Shown: positions 11,534 through 24,496 of the stretch, piece after piece
Position numbering within the stretch: position 1 is the stretch's first letter
Layout of the letters: each line of letters begins with the position of its first letter
NCBI RefSeq assembly: GCF_027921745.1
Contig: NC_079239.1
Coordinates: 1,302,001 to 1,366,000, forward strand
Source: Schizosaccharomyces osmophilus
Taxonomy: Eukaryota
DNA length: 64,000 nucleotides
Direction of reading: 5' to 3'
Made by a program: the position numbers and the translations under genes
The notes under the pieces: generated by a model
The model's database searches: none
Seen by the model: the letters and a program-made list of their open reading frames with translations, nothing else
What the model was told of the DNA's origin: nothing

Positions 11534-11949
11534 CTGTAACGTTAGATATTTATAATGAAAGGCATTATATGCATAAACGCTTAATGGAGGACAAATGCAA
11601 ATGAATTTAGATGATTGCATGATGTTTCTTGTTGCCATGTATCAATAAAAACAATAAAATACGTTTATATTTACGGAGGAGGAGATACGTAAAGTAGAAA
11701 AATGTGAAAGCCATTTCTAATTTAAAAATAAAAAAAAAACAAAAATCGAACGTCCCTCTTTACGAAATGCTATTCATCATTTTCGATAAGAAATTACTCA
11801 TACGAAAAATATACCACTGACAGTATTAGAAATGAAGTAGTTAAACATAAAATAATTGAGGTTAAAGCTTTTGTATGATGCACTGAAATATTGAAACAAA
11901 CGGGCAAACCCCGATTTTTAAGTATAAGTCAAAAACTCACTCTATTTCA

Positions 11950-13019
11950 TTACTTTTCAGAAGGGTGAGCATAAGGCTTAACCAACATTTCAGAGAAGGA
12001 TTTCAAAGCCTCGGGGCCACGAACTTCCGCAGGAATTTGGGGTACTTTCACGATGTGAAAGTCTTCGTATAACTCTTCAATTTGGTCGAGATACTTCTGC
12101 TGCATTTTTCTACGAGCAAGACATTGCGGACAAGTTGTATGAGGATCCAATAACAGTTGGTTGACCACAATGTTATTTACATCAATCTCGTATCCAACCA
12201 ATTCTAACACAATTAGTAAATCAAGAAAGTCAAAAGGACTTCGTGCGTATACAGTCTCACATAAAGCCAAAAAAAATCTAAATACTTACCTTGAATCATT
12301 CTTTCAGTCTCATAAAGCGAGAGGAATTCAGAAATGCAAACACAAACAAAGGTGGTTAGTTCTGCGTTCTTAAACTGTTGGTTCACTTGAGAAATGTTTT
12401 CACGCATGCCTTCAAGCTTACCAAAGATGTCATCCTGGTTTGCGTTGACGCCCATTAATCCACTCATCTGATTAATCATAGGACCAAAGCGACTAGAGAG
12501 GCCACCAAGTTTGCCTAGGGCCTTTTCAAGGACAGTTGGGAAATTCAAAAATCTCAGAGTATGACCGGTAGGAGCGGTATCGAAGATGACACAATCAAAT
12601 TCCATGGATTTAACTTGTTTTAAAATTTCGGCAAAAGCGAGCGCCTCATCAATACCTGGAATGGTAAAGGCTAAATCTTGCATCATACCAGACATGGGAT
12701 TGTTAGGATTTTGTTGGTCAGCTTGCTCTGTCATTTCTTGAATAGACTGATTTGGATCAATTTCCATAGCGCTAAGATTTTCAAATCCAGGGACCTTTTT
12801 GGCGTCTTTTCCAAACTTTGTTCCAAATGCATCAGACAAGTTGTGAGCAGGATCGGTCGAAATCAGCAAAATAGAAGAGCGAACCTTGGACATTTGAATA
12901 GCCAAAGAACAAGAGGTGGTAGTCTTACCTACGCCACCTTTACCACCGACGAATACCCATTTCAAGGTCTTTTGATCTAACAAGTTCTGCAAAGTTCCGG
13001 GTAAAGGTTCTAATGACAT
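11950..13019 (-). CDS. get3: GET complex ATPase Get3 (ArsA family), 2 exons (13019-12290, 12203-11950)
   Basis: [11 protein letters not shown]-loop, [15 protein letters not shown] and CxxC. Intron GTAAGT...CTAAT...TTAG is in frame. Confidence 0.96.
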
Positions 13020-13813
13020 GATGGATTAAAGATAGTGTACGAAAAGTAACAATTTTCACTTCTCTAATTTAGTAAACGATGGATCCTGCGAAATGAACAG
13101 AGACCTGTTATATGGTGGAAGTATGATTTTCTAATAGAGGATGTGTTGTAGTATGTACTGGAAGAACCATAAAGAAACTAGACGAAAAAAAAGCAAAATG
13201 CAGAAAACCAGGAAAAGAAAAGTAATTTAAATTTGAGTATTGCATAGAGGCAGTTTTTACTTGGTTTGAAAAGTGAAATAACACATGCCGAAAAGGCTGC
13301 ATTACATTAAAATAATGAGTATAGAATGGCAATCTAGTAATTGAAAAAGCTCACTAGCAGGTACAAAGTACAACAAAAGGGAATTCCTCTGAGCAAAGTT
13401 CTTGGAACCCCAGACAAGATCTATGTAGTGAATACGTTTATCCAGTAGACATAAGAGTATTTGGAATGAAGCTATTAGACTTTATTCATAGTAAGATATC
13501 GGTATTATAAAGAGAATAGCTGAATCAAAATAGTACTCCAGGCATTTCAAATTCGAAAAAGAAGGGACAAAGGAGGGCATGCAAGACTCGTATTGAATAA
13601 CCAAATGAAAAGAACTGAAAAAAAAGAACTAAGAGGAAGGAGGAGAAAGTATAGTAATAAATAGGTCGTAAAATTCAAAAAGTCGGGAACGCAGGCTAAA
13701 AGCGACATGGACAGATTATTAGCTGAATATCATCAATTTGGAAAAGTCTCCGTGTATAGCCTGATGTCTAATTTTATAATCACAATATTCTTTGGGTAGA
13801 AAAAAAGGAAAGT

Positions 13814-14332
13814 CTAGCAACAACCAATGCCAGTTGAATGACCATTGAAACTATTGTCGTCCCAGGAAAATAATAGGTATCCTATCCAAGCGCCAAAAAA
13901 GGCAAATAAAATAACGTATCCATTGAAGGACATGACGATAAGCATGAGTATGGTAGCGGCACCGTAATAGCAGGTTTGAAGGAAGGCCCGAGTGAGCTGT
14001 TGGCGCACATTCACATGAAGAGTATTGCCAGGAAAAAATAATCGTAAGGGGCCTTGTAGTGTCTTTCCATTAGATTGTTGAGCAATATAAGCGTCAAACA
14101 TTCTCTGGACTCTCCTGCAGGCCTCAATAGCGATAGCAAAGAAAATGACACCAATAATTGAGCCAGCAAATTTGTTTGCCGTATACGCATGCCAAGAGTT
14201 GGACAGAAAACAAGAGTCAATAGTATACCAATTCCAGAGCATGCTCATTTTGCAAGAATGTGGGGAGGAGTTTCCCATGTCCATACCGCTCATTTTTTGC
14301 GCCGAAAAATCTAAAGCATTCTGCAACTCCAT
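13814..14332 (-). CDS. ctr5: Ctr-family copper transporter subunit
   Basis: Met-rich N-terminus, CKMSMLWNW, MxxxM (MLIVM) in TM2, C-terminal CC; 172 aa. Confidence 0.88.
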   Translation of the reverse strand: MELQNALDFSAQKMSGMDMGNSSPHSCKMSMLWNWYTIDSCFLSNSWHAYTANKFAGSIIGVIFFAIAIEACRRVQRMFDAYIAQQSNGKTLQGPLRLFFPGNTLHVNVRQQLTRAFLQTCYYGAATILMLIVMSFNGYVILFAFFGAWIGYLLFSWDDNSFNGHSTGIGCC

Positions 14333-14583
14333 TTTCTCCTGTATTTTTATTTTTGTTTTTGAAAATTTGGAAGAAGCAACGGAATTCTTGAAAAAAGTAG
14401 AAATCTAAAGAACGATTTGTTTACTAAGTATAAGGAGGGGTGTTTGTCGTTAAAATAAAATACCGTAGTTTACTCTGGATCTTTAATAGATATCCCCTCC
14501 AAGGATTCATCGTTTATATAAGTCCTGGTACGAGGGTGTTGTGCTTTCATCGAGCGAAAATTGCCTGGGCAAAATTAACGCAC

Positions 14584-14634
14584 TTTTAAAGAGACTTTCC
14601 GTATCGCTTTGCGGTTGTTAAAGTCTCTTTAAAA
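14584..14634. repeat. Perfect 15-bp inverted repeat with 21-nt spacer upstream of ctr5
   Basis: TTTTAAAGAGACTTT (14584-14598) and AAAGTCTCTTTAAAA (14620-14634). Confidence 0.9.
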
Positions 14635-15598
14635 CTGTTTATTCTATATAATAAATTTGTTGAAATTTGATGGGATGGGTTACCACAGTAAAGCAATTTG
14701 CGATGAAGTGGATATGGTAGCTTGTTGCAGTGCTTTAGTAAATAAATAAATGAAATGAAGGTTTATAAAGAAAGAAAAAGTTATGTCTTTTTTGTAAAAT
14801 CTGTTAATAAAGAAGGTGCTTTTTTTTATTTAAATTTATAAAAGTTGTATTGAAACTACTATTGCCTAAATTCGCACCAAAGTGAAAATAATAATAAATC
14901 ATTTTACAAGGGAATAGCACATGAATACAGGACTACCTAATCAAAAGGTATTCCAAAGATAGATACTATTTATTTCATTTATACGCTCATTAGACTATGA
15001 CTGTTCGAAAAGTATGGTTTTCTGTTTTACTTGTAAAAACACTTATTGATACACTTTTCTAGTTTCATCATAAATGGATTGGGCCTATAAAAAAAATGCG
15101 ACGAGAAGACCAGTAGGATTATAACAATTCCATGTTTCTGTTGCTTATATTCTATATTGAAAGGAGATTTCACGCTCAAGAAAACTATCACCAACAACCT
15201 AATGAACCGAAATTTTTGTACAATAAAAATTATGTGCAAGCAGTTGTCCCTGTTTGCATATGAACTAGTACAGACGGTCTACTAAATAAGAATTGTCGAC
15301 ATGATCTACCACCCACTTACAAAAACACCTACAGAGAGGGGAATCTCTATTCAAATTATGATGCATCTAAATTCAAAGACTGGAGAATACTAACTTTTGG
15401 CAAAATAAACATAGCAGACGACACTGTTTTCATCATTACTATATTTTCATACAATTACTCTATATAATTATATATATAATATTCTCTTACTTTTTCCTAC
15501 AAGCAACGCAGCGAAATGGACTTCCCTATTCTGTAAATACTTCTGAACTCTTGCCAATTCGTTTCTTCGTCCTTAACCAAAAATTGTTTCATTAAACA

Positions 15599-18500
15599 AT
15601 GGGCCGCTTAAGGAAGAGATTTAATGAGAAGGGCCGTCAAAGCGGCATCCAGAAGATGCTGAACCTGAAAAAGTCGCGATTGCATCGCTCTATACGAGAG
15701 CAAGATGATGCGTCTTCAGAAGTTCCTAAAGCCATTCCTGAGGAACCTCAAACCACCGATACAAATGTGGATGTCATTACAGATGAAGATAAAAAAGAAA
15801 AAGAGGAGAGGAAGCGCCAATTGAAAGAACAATTGATGAAAGAAAATGAAGGCGCTCCCATGTCTGCGAAAAAGAAAAAGCGGTTGGACAAATATATTGT
15901 AAGTTTGACTTCAATTACGATTTGTTTTGATGAAAATTTGCTAACAAAGTCAGGAAAACAAATTAAAAAAAGAGACCTCTGCTGCTTTAATGGCGAAAAT
16001 CGCCGAGGAAACTGTAGATGTATCTTTATTGTATAGTACAAAAGACCTAGGAAAACCAAAGACTTCCAGGGAACGGCTACAAAGATCCTTGTTGGAGGAA
16101 AAAAAGGGATTGCCAATTTCCGATCCTTCTAGTCGTCTTTATACGTCCGTAGAAGTGAACGAAACTCAACCAGAAACTCCGGATACTAATCTAGAAGATA
16201 TCTCCCCAAATAAGAATATACCTGGTTCTGCTTTTGGATTCGGATTCTCCAATACTTCTGCTCCCTTGGGGACTACAACTGCTGCACCCATAAAAGTTCT
16301 TCCACCCAAACGCAAAAGATCACTTCGATGGGGCAAAACCGAAGATTTTAGTGACGCTGATGACTCTGATGAACAAGATTATCTAAGCACAGATAGTGAA
16401 GAAGAAGAAGAAGAAGACGAGGACGAGGAAGCTGATTCAGGACCCGATGAGCAATCATTATCAGAAAAAACCTCTACAGAGAACGATAAAGCTGAAAGTC
16501 CTCCTGATGGAATTGACAGCAATCTTAAAAACCAAGCTAGTAAGAAGCAACCAGTAGCTGCCCAGCACCCTGATCTTCATAGTGAAGAGTTTGACCTAAA
16601 CTCGTCAGAAGAAGAACTAAGTGCTGAAGAAAGTGACAAAGAAAGTGGTAACGACGCTACTGAAAGAGCTAACCGTTTTAAATTTTGGGCTTCTCAACAA
16701 GTTCTTCCTGGTGACTCATTTGAGCATGAGAAGCAAGAATCTGTTATTTCAGCTCAAAACGACGAAATTCGTCAGCGCATACGAAATCCCAAAAAGCTTA
16801 AAAAGGCTGAAGATGATTCCGATGTTTTACCTGTAGGTGTTGACGAAGTGAAAGATCGAAAGACAAATTATAGACTTGTTAATCGTCCCCCCGAAATTCA
16901 GGAATCCAGACTCGCACTTCCCATAGTTGCTGAAGAACAAAGCATTATGGAACATGTATTTGCCAATGATGTGGTAATTGTCTGCGGTGCAACCGGAAGT
17001 GGTAAAACGACTCAAGTCCCTCAGTTTTTATTTGAAGCTGGATTTGGTTCTCCTGAGTCAGATACCCCCGGTTTGATTGCAGTTACACAACCTCGTCGTG
17101 TAGCTGCCGTTAGTATTGCTAAAAGAGTTGCCGAAGAACTTACTGGCTTCTCCTCTAACGTTAGTCACCAAATTCGGTTTGACAGCACTGTTAATCCAGA
17201 AACGGCTATCAAATTCATGACTGACGGTGTTTTAATTCGTGAGTTATCAACTGACTTTTTGTTAACTTCGTACTCGGCTATTATCGTAGACGAGGCTCAT
17301 GAGCGTAGTGTTAATACTGATATTCTACTTGGCCTTTTAAGTCGTATTGTGCGTCTCCGGAGAGAAATGAGCGAGAATGATCCTAATATAAAGCCTCTCA
17401 AATTGTTGATCATGTCTGCCACACTTCGTGTATCCGATTTCGCAGAAAACAGACAACTCTTTACTCAACCTCCCCCAATTTTAAAAATCGATGCTAGACA
17501 GTATCCTGTCTCCATCCATTTTAACAGAACGACGAAGGTGAACTATATAGAAGATGCATATGACAAAGTCTGTAAAATTCACAATCGATTACCAGCCGGT
17601 GCTATTTTGGTATTTTTGACTGGTCAGCAGGAAGTAGAGCAACTTTGCTCAATGCTTCGAAAACGATTCAATCGCTCTTACAGACCTCAACATAAACAAA
17701 ATGGACGTGTCACTATCTCTAGAAAAGAAATGTCACTAGAAAATGAAGATATTCAGTCTGACAGCGAAGACGAAGAGAAAAACATCTCTCCGAAGTTGGA
17801 CTCTATTGAATTAGACAAAGAATCTGAGCCAATGCACGTTTTACCTCTTTACTCTTTGTTGACTACGGAAAATCAGTTAAAAGTGTTTGAAAAACCACCA
17901 GAGGGTCATAGAATGTGTATTGTCGCTACCAACGTCGCTGAAACTTCTATCACTATTCCGAACGTCCGTTACGTGGTGGACTGTGGAAAAGCAAAAGAAA
18001 GAGTTTACAATGAACATACCTCAGTTCAAAAGTTTGAAGTTTGCTGGATTAGCAAAGCAAATGCCGATCAACGTGCTGGCCGTGCAGGCCGTACTGGAGC
18101 AGGTCATTGCTATCGACTCTATTCTTCAGCTGTATACGATAGAGAATTCAGCCAGCATTCTTTGCCAGAAATCTTACGTGTGCCAGTTGAAAGTATCGTG
18201 CTTCAAATGAAGAGTATGAATATCGATAATGTTGCAAATTTTCCTTATCCTACTCCTCCTAGTCGTGCAAACCTTCAAAAAGCGTTGCAACTGCTATCGG
18301 TATTGGGCGCTACTGACCGTAAAGATCAACTCACAAAATTGGGGGAACAAATGTCTTTGTTTCCACTTTCTCCAAGGTTTTCCAAAATGTTAATTATTGG
18401 TCAGCAACTTGGGTGCCTTCCTTATGTCATTGCATTGGTGGCAGCACTTTCTATCAATCAGTTATTTGTATCGAAGCAAGCGCTTTTATATGATGCTAAT

Positions 18501-19283
18501 AGAAAGGAAACAGTTTCAGAAGAAACTGAAATTATTGAGAATGAAGATTTGAAACAACGTGAAGAGCATAAAAATAGGTTACGTGGCTTCTACAACGCTC
18601 TTTTTAAGTTTCAGGCCATAGACACGGATTCTCCTGCCTTGAGATACCTAAGTGCAGTCTGTGCTTATGACTATGCGGCCGATAAAATTAGATTTTGCCG
18701 AGAAAATTATCTTCGTTCTAAAGCGTTAGAAGAAGTTTTCAGTCTCAGAAAACAATTAATCAACCTTCTAAAAAGGTATATTGTAGGCACTAATAATGAT
18801 TTCGCCAAAATACAATTGAAGCCTCCGTCTGATACACAAATAAAGGCATTACGGCAGTTTATAGCTTCTTCCTACATCGACCAAATTGCGTTCTACGACC
18901 AAGAAAAGAAGGGTTATGTTACACTATTTCCATGTGGAGCTGAAACCGCACGATTTGTTCCGGACACTCCTCCCAACTTCCAGCCTCAGTTTGCTGTGTA
19001 TCAGCATCTACATGAAAGTTCTACTGGAAGGGTGTATATGGAACCTTTGACATCCGTCACTGGTCAACAGTTGGCTAGACTGGCAAAAAATTCTAGTCTA
19101 ATATCTTACTCGAAACCCTTGTCTTATCCTCCTATCCGCTACATAGACGATGGTATTAAACGAGAGTGTTATGTTATACCAATTTTGAGTTCACATACGG
19201 GTTCAGGCGGAGCTTCATGGAATCTTCCCGCTGAAAGGGTTTTACAAAAACGTATCAATGGAAGATGGGAACTAACTCAATAA
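15599..19283 (+). CDS. dhr1: DEAH-box RNA helicase Dhr1 (small-subunit processome), 2 exons (15599-15898, 15954-19283)
   Basis: N-terminal MGRLRKRFNEKGR; GATGSGKTTQVPQFL, DEAH, MSAT, QRAGRAGR motifs. Intron GTAAGT...CTAAC...CAG, phase 0. Confidence 0.93.
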
Positions 19284-19497
19284 TCCATTATCTCTATTGA
19301 TCAATTAATTAGAAGAACCATTTAAAAAAGGCAGTCATTTTCAGGACTTAAATTCACAGATCTTAAATTTTTAGAATTTTAGAATGATTAGGTAGGTATT
19401 TTGGGATAAATTATAATACGGGTTTTTATCTTTTCATTATAACAGAAACACACAATAAACAAAGTAAGAGAGGAAGTGTTCATGATAGGTTTGGTAT

Positions 19498-20322
19498 TCA
19501 TTCAATGTCCATTGCATCTTGGTTATGCAAGGAAGGAAACGTATTGGTATGGCTACTAGTTGTCACATTAGGCACTTTAGGGTCGTTAGATTCATCATAG
19601 TCATCTTCTAGTTCTTCAACGACTACAGAACTGCAAGGTTCATTTTCTTCAGGGTTGTTGGAATCAGAAGACATAGGTTCTTCAACTGTCCAGTGAGGTC
19701 TACTTTCAGTTGGAATATATTGAATTAACCGAGTGTCATCTTTATCTTTGAGATGAGGATCGAAGCCCCAGTGAGATGATGATGGAAACTGGGGTACAGT
19801 GGAAGAAAAACAAGGAGAATTGAAAGAGAGTATCTTCAAACGATTTGGGTAAGGAACTAAAGATTTGGATGCATCGGGGGGGACTTCGGATTCTAGTTCA
19901 GGCGCTCGCTCTAAAGGACGCCCCGTAGACAAGTCAACTACTTGGGTTGTCATTTGTGGATGATTCGATTCCAAAGAAACCTTTTTCCTTGGTAAACCAT
20001 CTGTTTGCAGGTCTTGCTGCAACTGAGAGGTACTCCTTGGAATCGCCGAAGAGTTGTTATCTGGAGAAACGAATGCATGTCCAGCTAAATCTTCATCCAT
20101 ATGAGTCTCATCTGGATGGGATCGTTTTCGGGAACCAGTAGGTGAAGTTGAGACCGGAGGGAAAGCTTGATGGAAAGAGGTCTCATCTGGTAAAACCGAG
20201 TTTGAACCAAACCGTGGTCTCTTCGCAAAAAAATTTGAATCATAAGAAGAAAAAGGAGAAACTAAAGAGATCTGGTCGTCCTCGGGGAATAACCCGTTGT
20301 CAGAAGGTCTGTCACGCTTCAT
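19498..20322 (-). CDS. Uncharacterised Pro/Ser-rich protein, 274 aa
   Basis: ATG-initiated 825-nt ORF with several basic clusters and an acidic C-terminus; no family recognised. Confidence 0.75.
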   Translation of the reverse strand: MKRDRPSDNGLFPEDDQISLVSPFSSYDSNFFAKRPRFGSNSVLPDETSFHQAFPPVSTSPTGSRKRSHPDETHMDEDLAGHAFVSPDNNSSAIPRSTSQLQQDLQTDGLPRKKVSLESNHPQMTTQVVDLSTGRPLERAPELESEVPPDASKSLVPYPNRLKILSFNSPCFSSTVPQFPSSSHWGFDPHLKDKDDTRLIQYIPTESRPHWTVEEPMSSDSNNPEENEPCSSVVVEELEDDYDESNDPKVPNVTTSSHTNTFPSLHNQDAMDIE

Positions 20323-21933
20323 ATAGAATAATTAAAACACAAATGCCAAATAAATAGATAGAATAAATAAAATGTGCAAATAAAAATATGTAAGAAAGAA
20401 TTGAAGGCTTCTTGAATCAATCCTACTTTTCTTGTTTCGGTAATAGAACAAACCAAAAGCCAAACGTAATTTTCAATCAATCGTTTCACTTATTCTACCT
20501 TTAAATCCAACTAAATAAGTGAAGTTTTTGATTTTTGTTCCAATTCCTGTACTTTTATAAAGGTGCTTGCATTAAGTCAATTCCCTCTGGGAACGAAAAA
20601 ATGACTGTAATTCTGGTACTTTTTCTTCAATCATCTAGAAAAATCCAAAGATTAAAATTTACGCCAGAATCCATATGTTAGTCTAAAGTGAGTTTATGTA
20701 CAGTAAAAGTGCAAAAATAAAAGTATAAGAATTGGAAATAAGAAAACCAGGGCATTTGGTTGCATGAGGATTAGGTATAGAAACTATGCAAGACATATGT
20801 GGAACAATCGTATAGAACACGTGTCTAGCGTAATAGAAGAATTGAATAAAAAGAATTAAACGAAATCAAACATAACTGTGTTCTTCCTGCATCAATTCCG
20901 TGAAGACAAATTCCAGCGCCTTGTTCGGAATCACTGTAAATGCCTAAAAGACGATGATGGGACGTATAAAAGAAGGGACATATTTTCCTAGAATATAGAA
21001 GAATTCTGTTTCTAACATTTTCGGCGATAGTATCAGGAACTTGTAGAACTGCTTTGTTTTCACAATTGCGTCTCCAATATTTGGCATGTACTGGGGGACT
21101 CTTGAGAAAGAATATTATACTCAATGGGCTTTGTAATATTCTCCATAGATACGATATATTTTAAAAGCAAGTCTCAGTCCTTTATGGATATAATGCGAAT
21201 CCTCGAAACGAGAATCACATGTAACAAAAAATTTGTAAGGCATTCTATCCATCGTTTCCAATCTTAACGAGTATACGAGTATTTAGAGGAATATATGAGT
21301 AAACATCAAAGCAGCTAATGAAAAAAACATGCGAACTAGCCTGAAGAAATGATCATCGCATGCAAGGGAATCTCTTACGGCCCGGCGAGAGTTAGATCCA
21401 AAAGCACAGAGTAGAAAATAAATCATCTTTTATTCCTGTTTATTTCTTTATATCTGCTGCTGTAGCACAGGGTCAAGCCGCGTTTGTTTACAGTCTTTAC
21501 CAAAGATTGTTTCCTCTGAGAACGGTGTCTTTAGCAAGAATTCTCAACAGTAGCATCCTTATTCTTTATATCTTTTTCCTTTTTATCCTTTCCAATTGTT
21601 ACTATTGTGAGATAGCCATGTAGACTTAAATCAGAACGAACCCATCAAGTTGACAAGTCGAGGGTTACTTTATTGAATAAAATCTCTCCTATTAAATCTT
21701 TCTTTCTTAAAAAAAAAAAATATTCTTTTTACCTCAAAATTCCCATTTCGGTCTGTTTCTTTCCTGCTGCACTCATACGAGAACAATAGCAAAAGAGCAA
21801 CAAAGAATTGGCTGGGTCAACAATCTGCATCTGTACACTCAATTTGCTTTACTTTTACTTTTTTAAAAATATTTAAGAAAGCTCGAAACCATTTTTTTGG
21901 GATTTTAAAAATTATTTCGCAGATAGAACACCC

Positions 21934-22871
21934 ATGGAGGCATTAGAACCAGAATTAGTAAAAATTTTAGATGTTGAAAAGTATGGGGCTTTAACACCTA
22001 TTCCACAAGACGATGGGGTAAACCCGTTGGCAAAAATAAATTACTCCAAGGAATATGAGCAGGGAATGGCTTATTTTCGCGCTTTGGCCGCCAAACAAGA
22101 ATATTCGATACGGGCATTCAACTTAACTTGCTTTCTAATTATGCACAATCCAGCCCATTACACAGTATGGGCATACCGATTCCAGGTCCTTAATTATATT
22201 CCAGAGCTTATTCCGCAAGAATTGGCGTGGCTCGATTCAGTCATTGAAGACTTTCAGAAAAACTATCAGGTTTGGCACCATAGACAGAAACTGCTAGGAA
22301 TAACAAAAGACTATAAACGTGAATTGGAATTCACAAAAGATATGTTTTATTCGGATGCTAAGAATTACCACGTTTGGTCTTACCGGTTGTGGATTTTACA
22401 GAATTTCCATGACTATACAAAAGAGTTAAGCTTGACAGACTATTTACTAGGAGAAGATGTATATAACAACTCTGCTTGGAATCATCGATTTTTTGTGCTT
22501 TTCGAATCAAATGCGAACCTTGAACGGAGCTTGCAAGAAGAACTGGATTTTCTCAATGACAAGCTCTCTCAGTCATCAGATAATCAAAGTGCTTGGAACT
22601 ATTTGAATGGGTATGTCAAGTGCTTCATAATAAGCTTTTTAATAACTGATAATTTTACAGAATTATGAAAAAAGTAGGATCAAATCAAGTAACTGGTATT
22701 GCAAATCGGTTAGAAGAATTACTTCCGTCTTCTAACAGATTTCTTTTGGAGTTCTTGGCTGAATATGATCCTACGCGTTCGAAAGTCATTTACGAAAAGC
22801 TAGCGAATGAAGTGGATCCAGACAATCAAACGCTGTGGAATTGGATGATCCAGCAAGTGCCTAGCCCGTGA
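21934..22871 (+). CDS. cwp1: Farnesyltransferase/geranylgeranyltransferase-I alpha subunit, 2 exons (21934-22610, 22661-22871)
   Basis: PPTA repeats (NPAHYTVWAYR, KNYQVWHHR, KNYHVWSYR, NNSAWNHR, NQSAWNY). Intron GTATGT...CTGAT...ACAG is in frame. Confidence 0.93.
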
Positions 22872-23084
22872 AACAAAACGATCAACAAATGCCTACAATT
22901 GCTGGAAGTTCCGTCAGAAATGAAACGCTAAGAAACAGATAATTCACAAATCATATTGATTATATTTCTTATAAAGTAACGGAAGGTAAATTCATATAAA
23001 AGAGACTAAGAACCTTTGAGGGGCACGTTGTATGTACAAAGTATCCATCTTGTATACATGTAGAAACAAGTTTGCTCCTTGGCA

Positions 23085-23570
23085 TTACTTATCATCAAGT
23101 TTAATTCGCTTTAAATATTCTAAAAGCCTATAATGTTTCTGTTAGTAAAACCTTGTCGGTCTCATTTTTTGGACGTACTCAGGATCATTTTGAATACCAG
23201 ACTTTTCAAAAATTTCACGAATAGCCTGTGATAGTTCAATAAATTCTGGGTCTCTTGCCAATTTGAGCATCACCAAAGGCGAAGGTTGCACTCCTGGCTT
23301 TAGACCATGTTTCTCACAGAATACACGAAGACGATCAATTTTTTCGACAAGTTCTGGGTCGTTGAGGACAACAGAGCTCATTTTTTCTTCTATTTTCTGC
23401 ATTTTATCGTCCATTCCCATGTTCTCACCAAACATATTATCATCTGGCTTTGTAGTCGCATAGCTTCTCCAAACCGGACGGACGAAAGCAGGTCGTTGCA
23501 TACAACGAACTAAAGAATTTGAGGCTGTGCGTTGAAGAAGCACACGAGGAATCGCTTTCCAAAAATGCAT
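23085..23570 (-). CDS. Small protein with mitochondrial-type presequence (Dpc13-like by position), 2 exons (23570-23179, 23127-23085)
   Basis: Arg-rich, acid-free N-terminus ending in an RSY/A-type cleavage motif. GTACGT...ACTAAC...TATAG intron gives the C-terminus DPELLEYLKRIKLDDK*. Confidence 0.75.
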
Positions 23571-23690
23571 GATGGTTTATATTCGAAAGTGGTAGAGGCT
23601 AGGTATGGTACAGGAGGTAGGTAATAGGGACACCTTTATGCTTTTGCTTTTGACACGTTCAGCAACTTGGTCAAACAATTCTATAAAATC

Positions 23691-24162
23691 CTATTCGTTC
23701 ATAATTCGAAAATTTTGGCTGGCTATGAAGTACTGACCAGATTCATCTTGTTGCAAAACAAGGTTGTCACTAGAAGAAAAATGTTAGAAGGAGCGATAGT
23801 TTCTTGACTCATACGAAAAAATATGGGCTTTTTTATCTGCAAATCGAATACTGCCAGAAACCATCAGTAGCAGATTGGCAACCGACCCCATGACATTTTG
23901 ACAGTCGTAATCTTCCACTTTGGTTTTCGTAGGTGGAAAGCTTGTAATCATGGATAAAAGATCGGCAGATTGCATAGGACGACCGTTCCAACTAATGAGA
24001 CTCGAAGGCCGGTAAAATTCTGGAAGTTTGTCTCGTCCATTTTCGAGACAGACATAGTAACGATGTACAAAATTTTGGGCAGCTACAAGGATAATATTTA
24101 GTACTCTATAAACTTTTTTAATGTTGAAGGATTCAAAACATACACTGTGTTGCAAATTCCAT
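23691..24162 (-). CDS. nxt1: NTF2-like mRNA export factor Nxt1, 3 exons (24162-24144, 24082-23815, 23769-23691)
   Basis: AQNFVHRYY...FY...SWNG...VSGSIRF...YFIASQNFR NTF2-fold pattern; donors GTATGT and GTATGA keep the frame. Confidence 0.88.
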
Positions 24163-24496
24163 TGATTGAAAGAATACGTCCTTGAAGGAACTAGGTAACT
24201 TGCGAAAAACACGACCAGCTTCTATTATTTGGCAAGTCAACAGAAAGAGAAAGGAATATGGATTCCAGTTTGTAGAGAAAAAGATAAATTTAACGAATTT
24301 CTTATGAATTGTTGTTTTGATATACTATTGCAAGCGTAAGACAAGAAACATTCCCACTCTGGTTATTACGGTAAAAAGAAAGTCAATTTTCTATTTAATT
24401 TAATGTACAGAACCAATACGTGATTTGATGGTTATAGTGTAGTAGGATAAATAATATACAGATAAAAGTAGGTAGAGAGAAAGGACTTGAGTATAG

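Noticed and set aside
20400..21900. 1.5-kb spacer as a possible LTR or hidden gene (including the 99-aa ORF at 20825-21124)
   Set aside because: No TG...CA-bounded element, target-site duplication or convincing spliced ORF was found by eye.
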